Origin: Candidatus Eiseniibacteriota bacterium
Lineage (GTDB): Bacteria; Eisenbacteria; RBG-16-71-46
Direction: 5' to 3'
Length of the DNA stretch: 44,061 nt
Assembly (NCBI GenBank): GCA_031364845.1
Contig: JANLWX010000222.1
Coordinates: forward strand, 1-44,061
In this document: one piece after another, positions 11,976 through 21,476 of the stretch
Layout: the number at the start of each line of letters is the position of its first letter
Numbering within the stretch: the first letter of the stretch is position 1
Notes under the pieces: model-generated
The model's database searches: none
What the model was told of the DNA's origin: nothing
Seen by the model: only the letters and a program-made list of their open reading frames with translations
Translations under genes and position numbers: made by a program

Positions 11976-12589
11976 CACTGGATCGGACGGAAGATGCGGT
12001 TCCATCGCGGCCAGTTCTTCTCGCCGTCCCACGACCAGTAGATGAACATCGCGTGCCCCTTCACCAGATCCATGTCGAGCGGACCCCAGTAGCGGCCGTC
12101 GTTCGAGTTGTCGCGATTGTCGCCCATCATGAACATTTGCTTGTCGGAGACCGTGTAGGGCCCGTAGTTGTCGCGATAGTCGTAACCTGCGGGACGGATC
12201 GAAGGATCGGAGTGGATCGCATACGGCTCGACGAGCGCCTTGCCGTCGATCGACACCACCTTGTCCTTGATCTCGAGCGTTTCACCTTCGGTGGCGATGC
12301 AGCGCTTGATGAAGTCCTTGCTCGGATCCTGCGGGAACTGGAACACGATCACGTCGCCGCGCTTGGGCTGGCGCAGTCCCGGCAGGCGCACATGCGTGAA
12401 CGGAATCTTCGGTCCGTACTCGAACTTGTTGACGAACAGGAAGTCCCCGATCAGCAGGGTGTCCTGCATCGAGGCGGACGGGATGCGAAACGCCTGGATG
12501 ACGAACGCTCGCAGGAACAGGGTGAGCACCAGCGCCCACAGTGCCGCTTCCACGTACTCCTTGATGATCGACCGCGCAGACGATGACAT
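11975..12589 (-). CDS. lepB: Signal peptidase I
   Basis: QAFRIPSASM (Ser), DFIKRC (Lys), MMGDNRDNSNDGRYWG. Confidence 0.96.
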   Translation of the reverse strand: MSSSARSIIKEYVEAALWALVLTLFLRAFVIQAFRIPSASMQDTLLIGDFLFVNKFEYGPKIPFTHVRLPGLRQPKRGDVIVFQFPQDPSKDFIKRCIATEGETLEIKDKVVSIDGKALVEPYAIHSDPSIRPAGYDYRDNYGPYTVSDKQMFMMGDNRDNSNDGRYWGPLDMDLVKGHAMFIYWSWDGEKNWPRWNRIFRPIQ

Positions 12590-12626
12590 GGATCTCCTCT
12601 GAATCGTGCGACTTCGATGACTCGGA

Positions 12627-14444
12627 CTACCGCTCCACCTTGAGCACGGCCAGGAACGCCTCCTGGGGCACTTCGACGGTTCCGATCTGCTTCATACGGC
12701 GCTTGCCTTCCTTCTGTTTCTCCAGGAGCTTGCGCTTGCGAGAGATGTCGCCGCCATAACACTTCGCCGTGACGTTCTTGCGGATCGCACCGATCGTCTC
12801 GCGCGCGATGATCCTCCCCCCGATCGCGGCCTGGATCGCCACCTGGAACATCTGCTTGGGGATCAGTTCCTTGAGCTTGAGGCACAGCGTGCTGCCCCAG
12901 CTGTACGCCTTCTCGCGATGGACGATCGCCGACAACGCATCGACCGTCTCCCCGTTCAGCATCACGTCGAGCTTCACGACGTCGCCTTCGCGATAGCCGT
13001 CGAACTCGTAGTCGAGCGACGCGTATCCGCGCGACACCGTCTTCAGACGGTCGTAGAAGTCGAGCACGATCTCGGCGAGCGGCAACCGGTAGCCGACGCG
13101 GGCGCGCTTCTCCTCGAGGTAGTCGAGGCCCACGTACATTCCGCGGCGCTCCTGGCACAGCTTCATGATGTTGCCGAGATACTCGGACGGCGTCAGCACG
13201 TGCGCGAGCACATACGGCTCGTCGATCTGCTCGATGTTCGTGACGTCCGGCATCTGGCTCGGATTGTCGACCTTGATCACCTCACCGTTGGTCAGCAGCA
13301 CCTGATACTCGACGCTCGGCGTGGTCGCGATCAGATCGATGTTGTACTCGCGCCGCAGCCGCTCCTGGACGATCTCGAGGTGGAGCAGCCCGAGGAACCC
13401 GCAGCGGAATCCGAAGCCGAGCGCGACCGAGGTTTCGGGTTCGTAGATCAGCGCCGCGTCGTTCAGCTCGAGCCGTCCGAGTCCCTCCTTGAGATCCGCG
13501 TACTGTTCGGCTTCGATCGGATAGAGACCGGAGTACACCATCGACTTCACCTCGCGGAATCCCGGCAGCGCTTCGATCCCCTCGGCGCCGGCCGGGATCA
13601 CGGTGTCGCCCACGCGCGCGTCCGCCACCGACTTCACCCCCGCGACGATGTAGCCGACCTGGCCTGCGTGCAGCACGTCGACCGGTTCGAGCTTGAGCCT
13701 CAGCTTCCCGACCTCGGTGACTTCGTACGCCTTGCCCGTCGAGAGGAACTGGATGCGGTCGCCGATCTTGACCGCGCCGTCGACGACGCGCACCAGCGCC
13801 ACCACGCCGCGATACTGATCGAATTTCGAGTCGAAGATCAGCGCGCGCAACGGCGCATCGGGGTTCCCCTCCGGCGGCGGGATCTCGCGCACCACCTGCT
13901 CGAGCAGATCAGTGACGCCCAGACCGGACTTGGCGCTGATGCGGCTCACGTTCTCGGCGGGGATCTTGGTGACGTGCTCCATTTCGAGGGCGATCTCGTC
14001 GGGGCGCGCCGCCGGAAGATCGACCTTGTTGATGGTGCCGACGATCGTGAGTCCCTGCTCGCGCGCCAGCAGATAGTTGGACAACGTCTGCGCCTCGATG
14101 CCCTGCGAAGCGTCGACCACGAGGATGGCACCTTCGCAGGCGGCGAGACTGCGGGACACTTCGTAGGTGAAGTCGACGTGCCCGGGCGTGTCGATCAGGT
14201 TCAACTGGTAGGTCTTCCCGTCACGCGCCGGATACTCCATCGCAATCGCGTGCGATTTGATCGTGATCCCCTTCTCGCGCTCGAGATCCATGTCGTCGAG
14301 CACCTGCGCCTTCATCTGCTGAGGGGTCAGCGTGTGCGTGATCTCCAGCAGACGATCGGCGAGCGTGCTCTTGCCGTGATCGATGTGCGCGACGATGCAG
14401 AAGTTTCGGATGTTGGACAGACGAGGATCGCTCAAAAGTTCCAC
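12627..14444 (-). CDS. lepA: Elongation factor 4
   Basis: [49 protein letters not shown]. Confidence 0.98.
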   Translation of the reverse strand: MELLSDPRLSNIRNFCIVAHIDHGKSTLADRLLEITHTLTPQQMKAQVLDDMDLEREKGITIKSHAIAMEYPARDGKTYQLNLIDTPGHVDFTYEVSRSLAACEGAILVVDASQGIEAQTLSNYLLAREQGLTIVGTINKVDLPAARPDEIALEMEHVTKIPAENVSRISAKSGLGVTDLLEQVVREIPPPEGNPDAPLRALIFDSKFDQYRGVVALVRVVDGAVKIGDRIQFLSTGKAYEVTEVGKLRLKLEPVDVLHAGQVGYIVAGVKSVADARVGDTVIPAGAEGIEALPGFREVKSMVYSGLYPIEAEQYADLKEGLGRLELNDAALIYEPETSVALGFGFRCGFLGLLHLEIVQERLRREYNIDLIATTPSVEYQVLLTNGEVIKVDNPSQMPDVTNIEQIDEPYVLAHVLTPSEYLGNIMKLCQERRGMYVGLDYLEEKRARVGYRLPLAEIVLDFYDRLKTVSRGYASLDYEFDGYREGDVVKLDVMLNGETVDALSAIVHREKAYSWGSTLCLKLKELIPKQMFQVAIQAAIGGRIIARETIGAIRKNVTAKCYGGDISRKRKLLEKQKEGKRRMKQIGTVEVPQEAFLAVLKVER

Positions 14445-15028
14445 TCCCAGCCGACGCGAGCCCCCACCTCTTCCGGCATTCCTTCGGGAAGGGCAGGGTC
14501 GGTTTCGAATTCCACTTTGAAGTGCCTGAAGTGCGCGTCCACGTACGCGTCGACCAACGCGTACACCACGACCGCACCCAGCAGATACTGGCGGGCAAAC
14601 GACACGTCGAGGCGATCGTTGTAGGCCGCCACCGCCGCTTCCTCGAGTTCGATGTCATCGGAGGCCCTTGCCTGGGCCACGTTCTCCGCGAGCCGGTCGA
14701 GCTCACGCTGATCCTTCAGCACCCGTGTGGCGAAATAGGCCTCGGCGCCCGCCACGGCGGCCGCCTTGAACCAAGCACCGTTGTGCGCCTGTCCCCAACC
14801 GGGAATCACGAGCGAGCGCAACATCACATAGCGCGGCGTCGAAAAGCGTGACGGCTTCACCGCGGCGACCGGCGCCGCGTTCCGCTCGATCGCGATCGGT
14901 CCGGCCCCGGGATCGACGATCACGCGACCCGAATCCGACACCATGATCGCGCGGGCCGAATCCGGTCGCGCGATCTGCGCGCTCACCGCACCCGCCCCGC
15001 ATCCTAACGCCATCAGCACCGCGAACAT
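14432..15028 (-). CDS. DUF5683-like exported/membrane protein
   Basis: [13 protein letters not shown] and [10 protein letters not shown] motifs; signal-peptide-like [17 protein letters not shown]. The track's upstream extension runs through tRNA-Sec, so the start was moved. Confidence 0.7.
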   Translation of the reverse strand: MFAVLMALGCGAGAVSAQIARPDSARAIMVSDSGRVIVDPGAGPIAIERNAAPVAAVKPSRFSTPRYVMLRSLVIPGWGQAHNGAWFKAAAVAGAEAYFATRVLKDQRELDRLAENVAQARASDDIELEEAAVAAYNDRLDVSFARQYLLGAVVVYALVDAYVDAHFRHFKVEFETDPALPEGMPEEVGARVGWEWNF

Positions 15029-15040
15029 CGCGGCATACAA

Positions 15041-15138
15041 TGGCGGGAACGCGTGGGAATCGAACCCACCTCGGACGCGATGAGCGCCCAACCGCAGGAT
15101 TTGAAGTCCCCGGAGTCCACCAGGACCCATTCGTCCCC
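15041..15138 (-). tRNA. selC: tRNA-Sec (anticodon UCA)
   Basis: 98 nt: GGGGACGA-AT-GGGTCC TGGT GGACTC-C-GGGGA CTTCAAA TCCTG-CGG-TTGGGCGC TCATC GCGTCCGA-G-GTGGG TTCGATT CCCAC-GCGTTCCC-G-CCA. 6-bp D stem with 4-nt loop, long variable arm, G discriminator; adjacent to selD. Confidence 0.95.
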
Positions 15139-15192
15139 GCAACGACCTCGAGTACAAGGTAAACCGCTTCCACGGCATATTCGAGCGCCCGA

Positions 15193-16257
15193 TCATGCGC
15201 CGTGACGAAGCTCGATGGCAAATCGACCGCGCGCCGTGGCCTCGCCCGCGAGCACCGACCAGATGCGGCGCTTGCGGAGTACTGCACGCAGCGCTTCCGC
15301 CCGGCGCGCGGGAATTGCGATCAAAAGACCTCCGGAAGTCTGCGGATCGTAGAGCCCGTCGCGCACGGCTTCAGGGATACCGTCCCCCGCATCGACACCG
15401 GCCTCGTAGAAGGCCCGGTTGGTCGAAAGCCCGCCCGGCTGCACATTGGCCGTCGCGAACTCGAGTGCCTTGGGCAGGAACCAGTCGCGCCCCGGGAACA
15501 GACGCAGCGTCAGCCCGCTCGCGTCCGCCATCTGCTGCGCGTGTCCGATCAGGCCGTAGCCGGTGACGTCGGTCGCCGCGTGCGCGTCGAACTCGACCGC
15601 CGCCTCCGCCGCCGCGCGGTTCAGCTGGGTCATCGAGCGCGTGAGCTTGCGAATCTGCGCCGGGGCGAGCTTCTGCTGCTTGAGCGCGGTCGCGAGAATT
15701 CCGGTGCCGAGCGGCTTGGTGAGCACGATCGCATCACCGCGCCGCACGCCGGCATTGGTCAGCAGCTCGCGGCGCTTCACCACACCCGTCACGCTGTAGC
15801 CGAACTTGAGCTCCGCATCGCGCACCGAGTGTCCGCCGATGATGCTCACGCCGGCTTCGGACATCTTGTCCTGTCCGCCGCGCAGAATTTCGCGCAGGAC
15901 TTCGGGTGGCAGCACCTGCTCGGGAAAGCACAGCACGCCGAGTGCGGTGACCGGCTTGCCGCCCATCGCATACACGTCCGACAGCGCGTTCGTGGCCGCG
16001 ATCTGGCCGAAGTCGTAGGGATCGTCGACGACCGGAGTGAAGAAATCGATCGTCTGAACCCACGCTTCTCCCCTCGTGTAGGCGAAAACGCCGGCATCGT
16101 CGAGCGTGCTTTGGTCGACCAGAACGCGTCGGTCGCGGCGGCCGGCGGAGAGGCCCTCGAGAGCGGATCTCAGGTCCGACGGACCGAGCTTCGACGCTCA
16201 TCCGGCGCAGGCGACATGCGCCGTCAGCCGAATCTCGATGCGGCGCCGCGCGCTCAT
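15193..16257 (-). CDS. selD: Selenide, water dikinase; selenoprotein with in-frame UGA=Sec at codon 20
   Basis: ATG 16257 gives MSARRRIEIRLTAHVACAG-UGA-ASKLGP...DDAGVF...QTIDFFTPVVDDPYDFGQIAATNALSDVYAMGG, in frame with track ORF 15193..15975 (GGHS, LTKPLGTG, TDVTGYGLIGH, DPQTSGGLL). Confidence 0.95.
16169..16188 (-). promoter_or_regulatory. Putative bacterial SECIS hairpin of selD
   Basis: CTC-GGTCC-GTC-GGACC-T-GAG begins 10 nt after the UGA (16198-16200); G-containing apical loop about 17 nt from the UGA. Confidence 0.65.
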
Positions 16258-16300
16258 CGGACCGGCGCTCTCATCCCCCGGCAGGCGTCACCGCAACCGA

Positions 16301-16702
16301 TCACAGGTCACGGCCGATCGCGACCGCTTCGATCTCGACGCGTCCGCCTTTGGGCAATCCCGCCACCGCGACCGTGGTGCGCGCCGGAAACGGTTCTGCG
16401 AAGTGGCGCTCGTAGACTTTGTTCATGGCCTGGAAATCATCCATGTCCACGAGAAACACGGTGGTCTTCACCACGTCGGCGAATCCGAGCCCCGCACCCG
16501 CGAGCAGCGCATGGAGATTTTTCATCACGCGTTCGGTCTGCTCGGCGATCCCGCCGCTGACGAGGGTACCGGTCGCAGGATCGAGCGCGATCTGACCCGA
16601 GGTGTACATGAGCTTGTTGCCGCCGTGCAGGCGCACGACCTGCGCCTGGCTGTAGGGACCGATCGCCGCCGGCGCGTCGCTGACCTGGAGTGGACTCTTC
16701 AT
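16301..16702 (-). CDS. ridA: RidA/YjgF/UK114 family enamine deaminase
   Basis: APAAIGPYSQA, SGQI, VVKTTVFL, MNKVY, FPARTTVAVAGLPKGGRVEIEA. Confidence 0.93.
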   Translation of the reverse strand: MKSPLQVSDAPAAIGPYSQAQVVRLHGGNKLMYTSGQIALDPATGTLVSGGIAEQTERVMKNLHALLAGAGLGFADVVKTTVFLVDMDDFQAMNKVYERHFAEPFPARTTVAVAGLPKGGRVEIEAVAIGRDL

Positions 16703-16741
16703 GGCACTGCCTCCCCGGTCCTGCCCGGCTCGCCCTCTGGC

Positions 16742-18574
16742 TTACTCGACCGTCACGCTCTTCGCCAGATTGCGCGGCTGATCGACGTCGCAGCCTCGCA
16801 GCACCGCGACGTGATACGCGAGCAGCTGCAGCGGGATCACGGACAGCATCGGCTGGAGCATCGGCAGGGTGTTCGGAACGTAGATGACGTGGTCGGCGCG
16901 GTCGACGACTTCGAGGTCACCCTCGGTCGCGATCGCGATGATGCGCCCGCGACGCGCGCGCACCTCCTGCATGTTGCTCACGACCTTGTCGTACGCGCTA
17001 TCGCGCGTGCAGATGAACACGACCGGCATGTTCTGGTCAATCAGCGCGATCGGTCCGTGCTTCATCTCCGCCGCCGGGTAACCCTCGGCGTGGATGTAGG
17101 AGATTTCCTTGAGCTTGAGCGCGCCTTCGAGCGCCACCGGCAGGTTGTAGCCGCGTCCGAGGTACAGGAAGTTGTTGTGGTGCACGTACTGCTCGGCGAT
17201 CCGGCGCACGGCTTCGCTGCGGTCGAGGATCGATTCGATCTTCGAAGGAATCTGATCCAGCTCGCGCGCCACTGCGATACCGGTCTCGCGCGACATCTCG
17301 CGCTGGCGGCCGAGGGCGAGCGTCAGCAGCGCCAGCACCGTGACCTGGCAGGTGAACGCCTTGGTCGATGCGACGCCGATCTCGGGACCGGCGTGGATGT
17401 AGACGCCGCCGTTGGACTCGCGCGCGATCGTCGAACCCACCACGTTCACCACGCCGAGCGTGCGCGCGCCCTTGCGCTGGGCTTCGCGCATGGCGGCGAG
17501 CGTGTCGGCGGTCTCGCCCGACTGCGAGATCACGATCACCGCCGTGCCTTCGTCGAGGATCGGATTGCGATACCGGAACTCCGAAGCGTATTCGACCTCG
17601 ACCGGAATGCGCGCGAACTCCTCGAGCATGTACTCGCCGATCATGCCGGCATGCCACGACGTGCCGCAGCCGAGGATGATCACGCGGCGGATCTCGCGCA
17701 TCTCCTCGGGCGTCAGGTTCAGTCCCCCGAGCCGCGCCAGGCCTTCCTCGAGATTCAAGCGGCCGCGCATTGAATTCCGCACCGCTTCCGGCTGCTCGTA
17801 GATCTCCTTCAGCATGAAGTGATCGAACCCGCCCTTTTCGATCTGCCCGAGATCCCAGTCGACTTCGTGGATCGCCTTGTCCACCGGAACGTGCGCGATG
17901 GTGGCGGTGTGGAATCCATCGGGCGTGAGCACCGCCATTTCGCCGTCGTCGAGATAGACCACCTGCCGCGTGTGCTCGACGATCGGAGCGACGTCGGATG
18001 CGAGGAAGTACTCGCCGTCGGCCACACCGACGACCAGCGGGCTGCCCTTGCGCGCGCCGATCACGGTACCCGGCTCCTTCGCGCACATCACGGCGATGCC
18101 GTAGGTACCTTCGACGTCGGCGAGCGCCTTGCCGACCGCCTGCTCCAGCTTGAGTCCGCGCTTGCGGTACTTGCCGACCAGATGCGCCAGCACTTCGGTG
18201 TCGGTCTGCGTCTTGAAGACGTGACCCTCGGCTTCCAGTGCCGCCTTCAGCACCATGTAGTTTTCAATGATGCCGTTGTGCACCAGCACGACATCGCCGG
18301 CGCCATCGTCGTGCGGATGGGCGTTCGTGTCGTTCGGCTCACCGTGGGTCGCCCAGCGCGTGTGGGCGATGCCGGAGTTGCCCTTGAGCGGATCCCGCTC
18401 GAGCTTCGCTTCGAGATTGCGGATTTTGCCCGCCGCCTTCACGACCTTGAGGCCGCTCTCCTGCTGGACCGCCACGCCCGAGGAGTCGTAGCCGCGATAC
18501 TCCAGACGCTTGAGGCCTTCCATGAGAATGGGCAGGCAATTGCGATGTCCGACGTATCCGACGATGCCACACAT
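16742..18574 (-). CDS. glmS: Glutamine--fructose-6-phosphate aminotransferase
   Basis: MCGIVGY after AAGGAG SD, LEYRGYDSSG, HTRWATHG, SQSGETADT, DQPRNLAKSVTVE. Confidence 0.98.
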   Translation of the reverse strand: MCGIVGYVGHRNCLPILMEGLKRLEYRGYDSSGVAVQQESGLKVVKAAGKIRNLEAKLERDPLKGNSGIAHTRWATHGEPNDTNAHPHDDGAGDVVLVHNGIIENYMVLKAALEAEGHVFKTQTDTEVLAHLVGKYRKRGLKLEQAVGKALADVEGTYGIAVMCAKEPGTVIGARKGSPLVVGVADGEYFLASDVAPIVEHTRQVVYLDDGEMAVLTPDGFHTATIAHVPVDKAIHEVDWDLGQIEKGGFDHFMLKEIYEQPEAVRNSMRGRLNLEEGLARLGGLNLTPEEMREIRRVIILGCGTSWHAGMIGEYMLEEFARIPVEVEYASEFRYRNPILDEGTAVIVISQSGETADTLAAMREAQRKGARTLGVVNVVGSTIARESNGGVYIHAGPEIGVASTKAFTCQVTVLALLTLALGRQREMSRETGIAVARELDQIPSKIESILDRSEAVRRIAEQYVHHNNFLYLGRGYNLPVALEGALKLKEISYIHAEGYPAAEMKHGPIALIDQNMPVVFICTRDSAYDKVVSNMQEVRARRGRIIAIATEGDLEVVDRADHVIYVPNTLPMLQPMLSVIPLQLLAYHVAVLRGCDVDQPRNLAKSVTVE

Positions 18575-18585
18575 GGCGATGCTCC

Positions 18586-19989
18586 TTATGAGGAGGTGGT
18601 GGCCGCGGGAAGCGTGCGGCGGGCCGTCTCGATCAACGTACGTGTGCGTGCTTCGGAAGGCGACTCGGCGATGACGCGCACGACCGGCTCGGTCCCGCTC
18701 GCGCGCACGTGGAGCCATTCGTCGTCCCGGCTGAAACGGAGTCCGTCTGTGACGTCGACCGCGTAACCCGTGAACGCCGACCGCAGTTGACCGGCAGCCT
18801 GTTCCCAGGGGGTATCGGGAAGAGCGATTTTCTCCTTAACCATATGGTAGCGGGGCACGTCATCCGCGAGCTGGCGCAGGGTCTGGCCCGAAGCCGCCAT
18901 CGCCTGTGCCACGAGGATCGCCGCGACCAGGCTGTCGCGCCCGTAATGTGCTGCAGGCAGGATCATTCCGCCGTTTCCCTCACCCCCTGCGACCGCCTCG
19001 AGTTCCCTCATCGCCTGGACCACATTGGCCTCGCCCACGGCGGTGCGATGGAGTTGGACGCCGTGACGCTCACACACGGTCTCGAGCATGCGGGAGGTCG
19101 ACAGATTGGTCACGACCGGCCCCCGTTTGAGCGCGAGGACCACGGCGGTACCGAGCACGACCGTGTACTCCTCACCCAGCGGAACCCCGCTCGCATCGAC
19201 GAAGGCCGCGCGATCGGCGTCGGGATCAACGGCGATCCCAAAGTCGGATCCGCTCTTTGCCACCAGCGCGCCGAGCGCACCCAGATGCTCGGGCAACGGT
19301 TCGAGCACGCGCGTGAAGCGACCGTTCGGCTCACAATCGAGTTCGACGACGGTCGCGCCGAGTTCGCGCAGCAGTCGCGGGACCGCGATGCCTCCCACGC
19401 TCGCGCACCCGTCGACGACGACCTTGAGCTTGCGCGCGCGGATCTTCTCGACATCGACGAACTCGAGACCGAGCACGCGCTCGAGATGCCACTCGAGCGA
19501 AGCGCTCTCTTCGCGCACCGAGCCCACTCGATCCCAGCTCACCCACAGTTCGCGATTCGCCGAGTAACGCGCCTTGACGCGCGCGCCGACCGCCGCATCG
19601 ACGAACTCTCCGCGATCGGACAGAAACTTGAGCGCGTTCCATTCGACCGGGTTATGGCTCGCAGTGAGGATCACGCCTCCGGCGGCGCGCAGGTGCTCGA
19701 CCGCCATCTGGGTAGCGGGTGTGGTCGCGAGTCCGACGTCGACCACATCGCGTCCCGCCGCGGTGAGGCCCGCGAGTGCCGCGCGCAGCACCATCGGTCC
19801 GGTCGGGCGCGCATCGCGTCCGACGACGATCGGACCGGGAGGAAGTTCGTGCGCGAACGCCGCAACGAAGCGCGCGACGACATCGGGCGTCAGCGAATCG
19901 CCGACGATGCCGCGGATGCCGGCGACGCTGATCATGAGTTCGGTCGGTGCGGATGGGGCCGAATGCAATTGAGGTGAGGATGGACTCAT
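18586..19989 (-). CDS. glmM: Phosphoglucosamine mutase / phosphohexomutase
   Basis: SVAGIRG, TASHNP, DPDADR, GGEGNGG, RASGTEPVVRV; directly upstream of glmS. Confidence 0.88.
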   Translation of the reverse strand: MSPSSPQLHSAPSAPTELMISVAGIRGIVGDSLTPDVVARFVAAFAHELPPGPIVVGRDARPTGPMVLRAALAGLTAAGRDVVDVGLATTPATQMAVEHLRAAGGVILTASHNPVEWNALKFLSDRGEFVDAAVGARVKARYSANRELWVSWDRVGSVREESASLEWHLERVLGLEFVDVEKIRARKLKVVVDGCASVGGIAVPRLLRELGATVVELDCEPNGRFTRVLEPLPEHLGALGALVAKSGSDFGIAVDPDADRAAFVDASGVPLGEEYTVVLGTAVVLALKRGPVVTNLSTSRMLETVCERHGVQLHRTAVGEANVVQAMRELEAVAGGEGNGGMILPAAHYGRDSLVAAILVAQAMAASGQTLRQLADDVPRYHMVKEKIALPDTPWEQAAGQLRSAFTGYAVDVTDGLRFSRDDEWLHVRASGTEPVVRVIAESPSEARTRTLIETARRTLPAATTSS

Positions 19990-20150
19990 GCGGCGGATCC
20001 CTTCCCTGCGCCATCAGGCGTTTCGTGTGCGGCGGACGATCGGCTCCAAACCACGGCGTCCATACGATACGGAAAGCCGTGCGCGTCACCAAAAGCGATT
20101 CCACAAGGAAGCGTCAATCCGCGTCGCAGTCCGCGCGGGGCCGGGCGCGC

Positions 20151-21221
20151 TCACGAGGGCTTCGGTTCCTTCGTTGCGGCCTGCGCACCCTCCATGTAGT
20201 CCGCCACCGCCCCTGTCGCCTGGGCCAGCAGCTCCTCATCGACGATCAGATACCGCCGGAAGATCGAGCTGGTTTTGTGCCCGGTGATCTTCATGGCGAT
20301 CGCCTGCTGCACGTTGGCGCGAATCAGGTTCCGCACGGCGGTGCGGCGGAAGTCGTGGATCAGCCGGCCCGGCATGCCTGCTTTGCGGCAGGCGGTGGTC
20401 CACGACCGGCGCAGCTTCTGGAGCGGGCGCCCATTCCAATGAAAGACCGATGGGCAGAGGGTCGCGTGCGCGCGCTCCCATTCGGTGACGGCCTCGCGCT
20501 GCCGCTTTAGCAATGCTTCGACGCGCGCGTGATACTTGAACGGGAAGATGCGCGGCTCGCGGTTCTTCGAGTCACGCAACTGCACGAGCCGGCGCTTCCA
20601 GTCGATGTCGCTCCACTGGAGTCGAAACGCCTCACTCGAGCGCCAGCCCGTGAGGTAGAGGAATTCGATCAGGTGCCGCGCATGCGGAGGCAGGTGCGGC
20701 AGGATCGCCTGGAAGTCCTCCTCTTCGAAGAATCCCTGACGCGCGTTGTGGACGCGCGGCATTTCGATCAGGGGAACTCGCGGCAGCTTCGGCGATGCGA
20801 GTCGCAGCATGCGCCGCAACACGGCCAACTCGCGGTGGAGCGTGGCGGGCTTTGCGAGGTCGACTTCGAGGCGCTTGCGGGAATGCTCCCCGATTCGTTC
20901 TTCGGTGATCTCTTCACCGAGGAGATTCCCGAAGCTCTTCGCGAGTTGATCGATGAAGCGGCGGGGATCGGTGCGGTTCTGCTTGAAGGCGTAGTTGCGG
21001 AGCAGGATCTCGGTCATCTGCGCGAACGTGATGCGCTGGCCGATGTCGCGATAGAGCCCGCGCTGCACCTCCTCGATACGCCGTTTGAGCAGGGCTTCAG
21101 CTTCGTCTCGGTTCGGCGTACCAGTGGTTTCGCGCTTGGGAACACCGTCGACGTAGAACTTGATGAACCAGTTCTTGGACCGCTTCTGGAGATACACCAC
21201 TCCCCGGCTTACGGAAGGCAT
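20151..21221 (-). CDS. Tyrosine recombinase/integrase with N-terminal arm-binding-type domain
   Basis: Catalytic set TGWRSSE (R), DSKNREPR (K), HDFRRT (HxxR), TGHKT (H), FRRY (Y); N-terminal VYLQKRSKNWFIKFYVDGVPKRETTGT...EAEALL; GGAG SD 6 nt before ATG 21221. Confidence 0.93.
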   Translation of the reverse strand: MPSVSRGVVYLQKRSKNWFIKFYVDGVPKRETTGTPNRDEAEALLKRRIEEVQRGLYRDIGQRITFAQMTEILLRNYAFKQNRTDPRRFIDQLAKSFGNLLGEEITEERIGEHSRKRLEVDLAKPATLHRELAVLRRMLRLASPKLPRVPLIEMPRVHNARQGFFEEEDFQAILPHLPPHARHLIEFLYLTGWRSSEAFRLQWSDIDWKRRLVQLRDSKNREPRIFPFKYHARVEALLKRQREAVTEWERAHATLCPSVFHWNGRPLQKLRRSWTTACRKAGMPGRLIHDFRRTAVRNLIRANVQQAIAMKITGHKTSSIFRRYLIVDEELLAQATGAVADYMEGAQAATKEPKPS

Positions 21222-21268
21222 GATCTGCTCCGCGGGGGCGGGCACTCGAAGTTCAGTGTTGCAGGATA

Positions 21269-21274
21269 ATTCTA
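21269..21274 (-). promoter_or_regulatory. Possible -10 box (TAGAAT) of the integrase, inside a GGATA-GAAT-TATCC palindrome
   Basis: TAGAAT about 48 nt upstream of the ATG; no good -35 at 17 bp. Confidence 0.4.
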
Positions 21275-21326
21275 TCCCGTTCGTATCCGACAATGGTCAT
21301 CACGTCTTCAGGAAACGGAACACCAT

Positions 21327-21359
21327 TTCGACACGGTGACCCCGTCATGCTTTGTGACG
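21327..21359 (-). repeat. Degenerate direct copy of the tRNA-Thr anticodon arm/T-arm region
   Basis: TTCGAcaCGgTGACCCCGTCATgctttGTGACG versus tRNA 21494-21526 TTCGAacCGcTGACCCCGTCATtacgaGTGACG; 25/33 identical, ungapped, 167 bp apart. Confidence 0.75.
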
Positions 21360-21376
21360 GCGTCATGGACACCTCG

Positions 21377-21411
21377 TGGGCATACTTTGGGCATACTTTT
21401 GGGCATACTTT
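21377..21411. repeat. Three tandem TGGGCATACTT(T) repeats; putative integrase arm-type sites
   Basis: Exact 11-mers start at 21377, 21388 and 21400, between tRNA-Thr and the integrase. Confidence 0.85.
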
Positions 21412-21426
21412 CGGATTTCGGAGCAC

Positions 21427-21463
21427 AAAAATGACGCCCCAATCGTGAGATCGAGGCGTCATT
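21427..21463 (-). terminator. Intrinsic terminator after tRNA-Thr
   Basis: ATGACGCCTCGAT-CTCACG-ATTGGGGCGTCAT stem (with G-U pairs) followed by a T run. Confidence 0.7.
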
Positions 21464-21476
21464 GCAACGACTTACA

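Noticed and set aside
15029..15196. N-terminal extension of ORF 14432..15196
   Set aside because: It translates straight through tRNA-Sec; a signal-peptide-like start lies downstream at 15028.
20050..20130. GCGTC(A) repeats downstream of the integrase as a possible attR
   Set aside because: Only isolated 5-6-mers, no inverted pair around a 7-bp spacer and no tRNA 3'-end homology.
19990..20150. Possible glmS ribozyme or hammerhead upstream of glmM-glmS
   Set aside because: No AGCGCC...GACGAGG core; GAAAC and CTGATG are only 2 nt apart, leaving no room for hammerhead stems.
21320..21380. The tRNA-like copy as a functional tRNA gene
   Set aside because: No D arm, no convincing acceptor stem or CCA, and the loop lacks U33; kept only as a DNA-site finding.
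21377..21411. CRISPR-like array
   Set aside because: Repeats are 11-12 bp, directly abutting, with no spacers and no cas genes.
21253..21462. 69-aa ORF containing PKVC repeats as a possible excisionase
   Set aside because: It is just the translation of the DNA repeats and terminator; no HTH pattern or SD.
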